A stretch of DNA of 11,076 nucleotides from Candidatus Aenigmatarchaeota archaeon (GTDB lineage: Archaea; EX4484-52). The stretch spans positions 1 through 11,076 of the forward strand of contig JAGLPV010000052.1 in the NCBI GenBank assembly GCA_023137195.1, read 5' to 3'. The position numbers and the translations under genes are program-made. The notes under the pieces are model-generated. The model saw only the letters and a program-made list of their open reading frames with translations. It ran no database searches and had not been told where the DNA came from. Positions 7,478-11,076 of this stretch are shown piece by piece; within the stretch, counting starts at the first letter, position 1, and each line of letters opens with the position of its first letter.

Positions 7478-8407
7478 ATGAAATACTCAAAAATTATATT
7501 TTGTTCTATTGTGATTTTGTTATCTTTATCTTCAATGTGCTTTGCATCTAGTCTTGAGGTAGAAATACCCCCCATAATTAATGGAGTTACCTTCTTTACC
7601 AACTATAGTTTTGCAAATGACACAAACATAATGAAATCTGAAATGTATTGGGAAAATATGGGTTCTGTTGCGTGCCTTAAGAAATATCGTCTGGATTATT
7701 ATAATGCCGGGATAAACTATACAAAAAAGATTATTATAAATAACAAAACCTATATTGACACGCTGGCTGAAGAAAATCAGGTAAAAATTCTGCATTCTTC
7801 ATATTCAAGTGAACTAATCTATGCCGGCGGCAGAAAATCAATATACAATTATTTCATCCCGTCCCTGAACAGTTCTGTTAATGAAAATACGTATAGTGTT
7901 CAGCCAAGAGTTTATGGGTGTAATGAGGTTATTTACTTAGAACCTTATGAAATCAGCGTTGGGTTAAGCAATGTATCTTTTGACAATGATGTTGATTTGA
8001 AAATAGTAAATGCATGGAATGACAAAAACGATATTCAATTTAGTATTGTCTCTTCCAAAAATACAGAAGTTGTAATTATACCATATGAAAAACCATTTTG
8101 GTATGAGGTTTCATCGAAAAAAATTGCATTGAAAAAAAACAAAATAAATACTATATCTCTTCCTTTTTTTGCAGATGACTTTATGACGAATCAAAGAAAG
8201 ATTAGTTTTGTGTTTGCAAGCCCGGATTTAAAAAAGATATATGCAATGGAAACGATTCAATTGAAATATCCTGAAGATGAAGAGATGAGTTTTTTTGCAT
8301 TTGTATTTGTTGGTCTGATTTTTTTAGTTGCTCAACAATATTTGATGGGGATGTTTTGGAAGAAGAAGAAGGAGATTGTGAAGAAGAGTAAGAAGAAACT
8401 TAGTTAA
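7478..8407 (+). CDS. Hypothetical exported, C-terminally membrane-anchored surface protein
   Basis: Sec-type signal peptide (MKYSKIIF...CFA/S), beta-rich-looking ectodomain, C-terminal TM helix (FFAFVFVGLIFLVA) and a lysine-rich cytoplasmic tail. Six N-x-S/T sequons. Confidence 0.82.
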   Translation: MKYSKIIFCSIVILLSLSSMCFASSLEVEIPPIINGVTFFTNYSFANDTNIMKSEMYWENMGSVACLKKYRLDYYNAGINYTKKIIINNKTYIDTLAEENQVKILHSSYSSELIYAGGRKSIYNYFIPSLNSSVNENTYSVQPRVYGCNEVIYLEPYEISVGLSNVSFDNDVDLKIVNAWNDKNDIQFSIVSSKNTEVVIIPYEKPFWYEVSSKKIALKKNKINTISLPFFADDFMTNQRKISFVFASPDLKKIYAMETIQLKYPEDEEMSFFAFVFVGLIFLVAQQYLMGMFWKKKKEIVKKSKKKLS

Positions 8408-8409
8408 TC

Positions 8410-8477
8410 CATAGGATGTGAGAAAACTCTATGCTTTTTTCGTATCTTGTGTATCATTCAACAAAGTTGAATGTGCA
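8410..8477. terminator. Putative termination region between convergent genes
   Basis: Weak stem CATAGG/TCTATG (8410-8415/8428-8433) followed by T6 (8435-8440), plus a perfect 8-bp inverted repeat CATTCAAC-AAA-GTTGAATG (8455-8473). Confidence 0.4.
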
Positions 8478-8506
8478 GAAAATCTTTGAGTCCTCTGTAT
8501 TTGATT

Positions 8507-10078
8507 TTATCGCATCCGTGGATTCTTTTTTCTTTTTGACTTTTTGAGTTTGGCTTTTCTTGTCGCATAAGAAACGGGATTCTTTATGTTTTTTTCAATG
8601 CAGAATTCATCCCTGTGGCATACGCCAATATCTTTGTAGTATCCACTCTTGTTGCAATTTGGAGGGGGTGTTGCGGATTCTCCTTCTTTTGCATAATTTA
8701 ACTGGGATAAAATATAATTTTCCTTCAATGGCTCTGTGTTCTTAGCATTCCATTCCAGGAGGAGTTGTTTCATTTCTTCTTTTTCCCATCCGCAGCTTGA
8801 CAAAAAATTGATTAAGATAAATACTGCTCTCTTTTTGCCGTCATCAAGACCAGCAAGTATTGTTTTGACGCACGGTGGAAATTTATCCAATGCTATTGTT
8901 GCTGTATTTGAAGAATACTTCATTGACCTGATTCTGTTTGCAACTTCTGGCGGGATAAAGTGAAGGGTTTCTTTTTTGCTTGACAAAATTATGTCTGATT
9001 CTTTTATGCCTGAGACAAAGAGTTCGTAAATCGTTTTTTCTTTTGTTGTTAGTTCTGCTTCTTCATTTATTAATTTCATCCCGGATTTTTTTTTTGATGG
9101 AGTATTGGTAAATACTAGTGTGCCACTGGATTCCAATGCATCCCTGTATGCTTTTCTTTTTGACCTAGGTAGTTTTATTATTTCATTTTCCAGGTAATCC
9201 TTTGTTTTTGTTTTTACTTTTCTTTCAAAGCCTATTGTCTTTTCCTGCTTTTTTTCTTTAAATATCCTGTTTTCCTCGAATGAAAAATAATCATTTGCCC
9301 GGATAAGGAGATTTTGGCTTTCGTCAGGATTTCCTTTTGTTAAAAATGGTCTTACTTCTTTTATTTTTCCTATTTCTGCATCCTCTTTTTTGAAGTCTTT
9401 TATTTTATCGATATCTAAAACTATGCTTGCAAGGTATGTTTTTTCATTTAAGCTGTAGGGCATCCTGAATAGATGCCTGTTTGACCAGTTCTCTTCTATG
9501 TCTACGTATTCGTAGGGGTTTGTTATGTTTTTGTTAAGCACTTTTGCGTATTGGGCAGCTAATTTTTCTTTTATCATCGCTCTTAAGTATGATGCTGTCT
9601 GTTGGAGGAGGAGCGGATACATCAGTCTTGTTTCTTTTCCCCCGATGTTGTTTGGCATTGTCTTGTGCGAGATTGCGACGTGGAATCCTCTGTTTCCTGA
9701 GAATTTGGCATAAATGTTTTTTATGCTGTGTTTTCTTAGTTCTTCGACCAATAGTATTGCCGCGATTTGGGCAAATTCTATTCCCTTGTCTGCGTCGATG
9801 TCAAAGAGAAGATCAAATGAAAGCCTGTTGTTGTCCATCTCGAATTTTGAGTTAGTTATTGTCATTGGATTTTTCCAGTTTTCAATAGAACAATGGAAAG
9901 AAGATGCTCCTTGTTTTATCCAGCCGATTATGTCCCCGGGATATTCTGCACATGTTGGTCGTCTTCCATATTGGGTGCTGTAAAATACTGGAACCATTTC
10001 CTTGTCTCTTGAATTTTCATATAAAGAATTAATTATGTCCTGTCTTGAATAGTGGTTTCTGTACTCGTATGGTTCCAT
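8507..10078 (-). CDS. priS-priL: Fused archaeo-eukaryotic DNA primase (PriS catalytic domain + PriL C-terminal Fe-S domain), DPANN type
   Basis: N-terminal AEP motifs FDLLFDID (D93, D95), KFSGNRGFH (H133) and RHLFRMPYSLN. C-terminal PriL-CTD with FPPC403, PPNC475, C487, C493 and KNPVSY. Confidence 0.92.
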   Translation of the reverse strand: MEPYEYRNHYSRQDIINSLYENSRDKEMVPVFYSTQYGRRPTCAEYPGDIIGWIKQGASSFHCSIENWKNPMTITNSKFEMDNNRLSFDLLFDIDADKGIEFAQIAAILLVEELRKHSIKNIYAKFSGNRGFHVAISHKTMPNNIGGKETRLMYPLLLQQTASYLRAMIKEKLAAQYAKVLNKNITNPYEYVDIEENWSNRHLFRMPYSLNEKTYLASIVLDIDKIKDFKKEDAEIGKIKEVRPFLTKGNPDESQNLLIRANDYFSFEENRIFKEKKQEKTIGFERKVKTKTKDYLENEIIKLPRSKRKAYRDALESSGTLVFTNTPSKKKSGMKLINEEAELTTKEKTIYELFVSGIKESDIILSSKKETLHFIPPEVANRIRSMKYSSNTATIALDKFPPCVKTILAGLDDGKKRAVFILINFLSSCGWEKEEMKQLLLEWNAKNTEPLKENYILSQLNYAKEGESATPPPNCNKSGYYKDIGVCHRDEFCIEKNIKNPVSYATRKAKLKKSKRKKNPRMR

Positions 10079-10099
10079 GGAAATATATGTGTTTGGTTA

Positions 10100-10171
10100 T
10101 TTTAAAATTATTTTTACAACAATTAGGTTTGCTTCATTCAATATATTTAAAAAGATATAGGCATTTTAAAG
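10100..10171. promoter_or_regulatory. Divergent promoter region: TATA for the primase (-, TTTTAAAA 10100-10107) and one or two TATA boxes for 16S rRNA (+, TTTAAAAA 10146-10153; TTTTAAAG 10164-10171)
   Basis: The primase box is 22-29 nt upstream of ATG 10078. The plus-strand boxes precede a short leader to the 16S 5' end. Confidence 0.5.
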
Positions 10172-10236
10172 AAAGGTAGATATGATGTATAGCGCTTAGT
10201 TATATTGCATAGGATGAAATTTTGTGTGATTCACCA

Positions 10237-11076
10237 ATTCCGGTTGATCCTGCCGGAGATTACTGCTATTAGAATTTGACTAAGCCATGCGAGTCAGAGG
10301 TTTTATTATACTGGCAAAAGGCTGAGTAACACGTAGTCAACTTGCCCTTAAGTCAGGCATATCCTTGGGAAACTGAGGTTAATTCCTGATAGGAAATATT
10401 TTCTGGAATGATGTATTTCTGAAAGTTACGACGCTTAAGGATAGGACTGCGGTGGATTAGGTTGTTGTTGGGGTAAAGGCCCAACAAGCCGATAATCTAT
10501 AGGGGCTGTGAGAGCAGTAGCCCTCAGATGGATTCTGAGACACGAATCCAGACCCTACGGGGTGCAGCAGGCGCGAAACCTTCACAATGCACAATATGTG
10601 TGATGGGGAGATTCTAAGTGGCAGCATAACGCTGTCTTTTGAAAAGTTGAAACATCTTTTCGAATAAGTGGTGGGTAAGACGGTTGCCAGCCGCCGCGGT
10701 AATAACCGCGCCACAAGTGGTAATCTCGATTATTGGGTCTAAAGCATCCGTAGCCGGTGATATAAGTTTCCTGTGAAATCCAAATGAAAACATTTGGGCA
10801 TGCAGAAAATACTGTATCACTTGAGACTGGGAGGAGCAAGAGGTACTCGAGGGGAAGGGGTAAAATCTATTAATCCCTCGGGGGTCACCAGTGGCGAAGG
10901 CGTCTTGCTAGAACAGGTCTGACGGTGAGGGATGAAAGCCAGGGGAGCGAAGAGGATTAGATACCCTTGTAGTCCTGGCTGTAAACGATGTCCGTTAGGT
11001 ATTGTAGTTTTTAAGAGAAACTATAGTGCCGTAGGGAAGCCGTTAAACGGACCACCTGGGGAGTACGGTCGCAAGG
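10237..11076 (+). rRNA. rrs: Archaeal 16S rRNA, 5' part (runs off the window end)
   Basis: Begins ATTCCGGTTGATCCTGCCGGA (archaeal 5' signature). Contains CTACGGGGTGCAGCAGGCGCGAAA, CAGCCGCCGCGGTAA, ATTAGATACCCTTGTAGTCC and CCTGGGGAGTACGGTCGCAAGG in the expected order. Confidence 0.99.

Noticed and set aside
8410-10216. CATAGGATG present on both sides of the primase gene (8410-8418 and 10208-10216)
   Set aside because: A 9-bp match around an essential gene with no mobility evidence; likely chance.
10457-10839. Three minus-strand ORFs within 16S
   Set aside because: Antisense to conserved rRNA; not homing endonucleases, and no intron interrupts the rRNA here.
1-11076. CRISPR array or tandem repeats
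   Set aside because: No regularly spaced direct repeats found; intergenic gaps are all under about 175 nt.

Overview
AT-rich archaeal chromosomal window, most likely from a DPANN archaeon. This is inferred from a single-chain fused PriS-PriL primase and a divergent, low-GC archaeal 16S rRNA; an Aenigmarchaeota-like affiliation is only a guess. The minus strand carries a rhomboid protease, carB, a Bro-N/antirepressor-like gene, a single-domain MazG, carA and the fused primase. The plus strand carries two unknown membrane/surface proteins and the 5' 840 nt of 16S rRNA. Main oddities: (1) carA and carB are separated by a translationally coupled mazG + Bro-N pair. (2) An unannotated ~80-nt GC-rich, three-way-junction-forming element (3879-3960) sits in the Bro-N/carB gap, with its own TATA box and T-tract, antisense to the neighbouring genes; it is a candidate new small structured RNA. 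(3) The primase has a long lysine-rich linker and an atypical third acidic motif. (4) The 16S has a compensatory U515-A536 pair. (5) Codon usage appears strand-dependent. All folds and counts were done by hand and no database searches were run.
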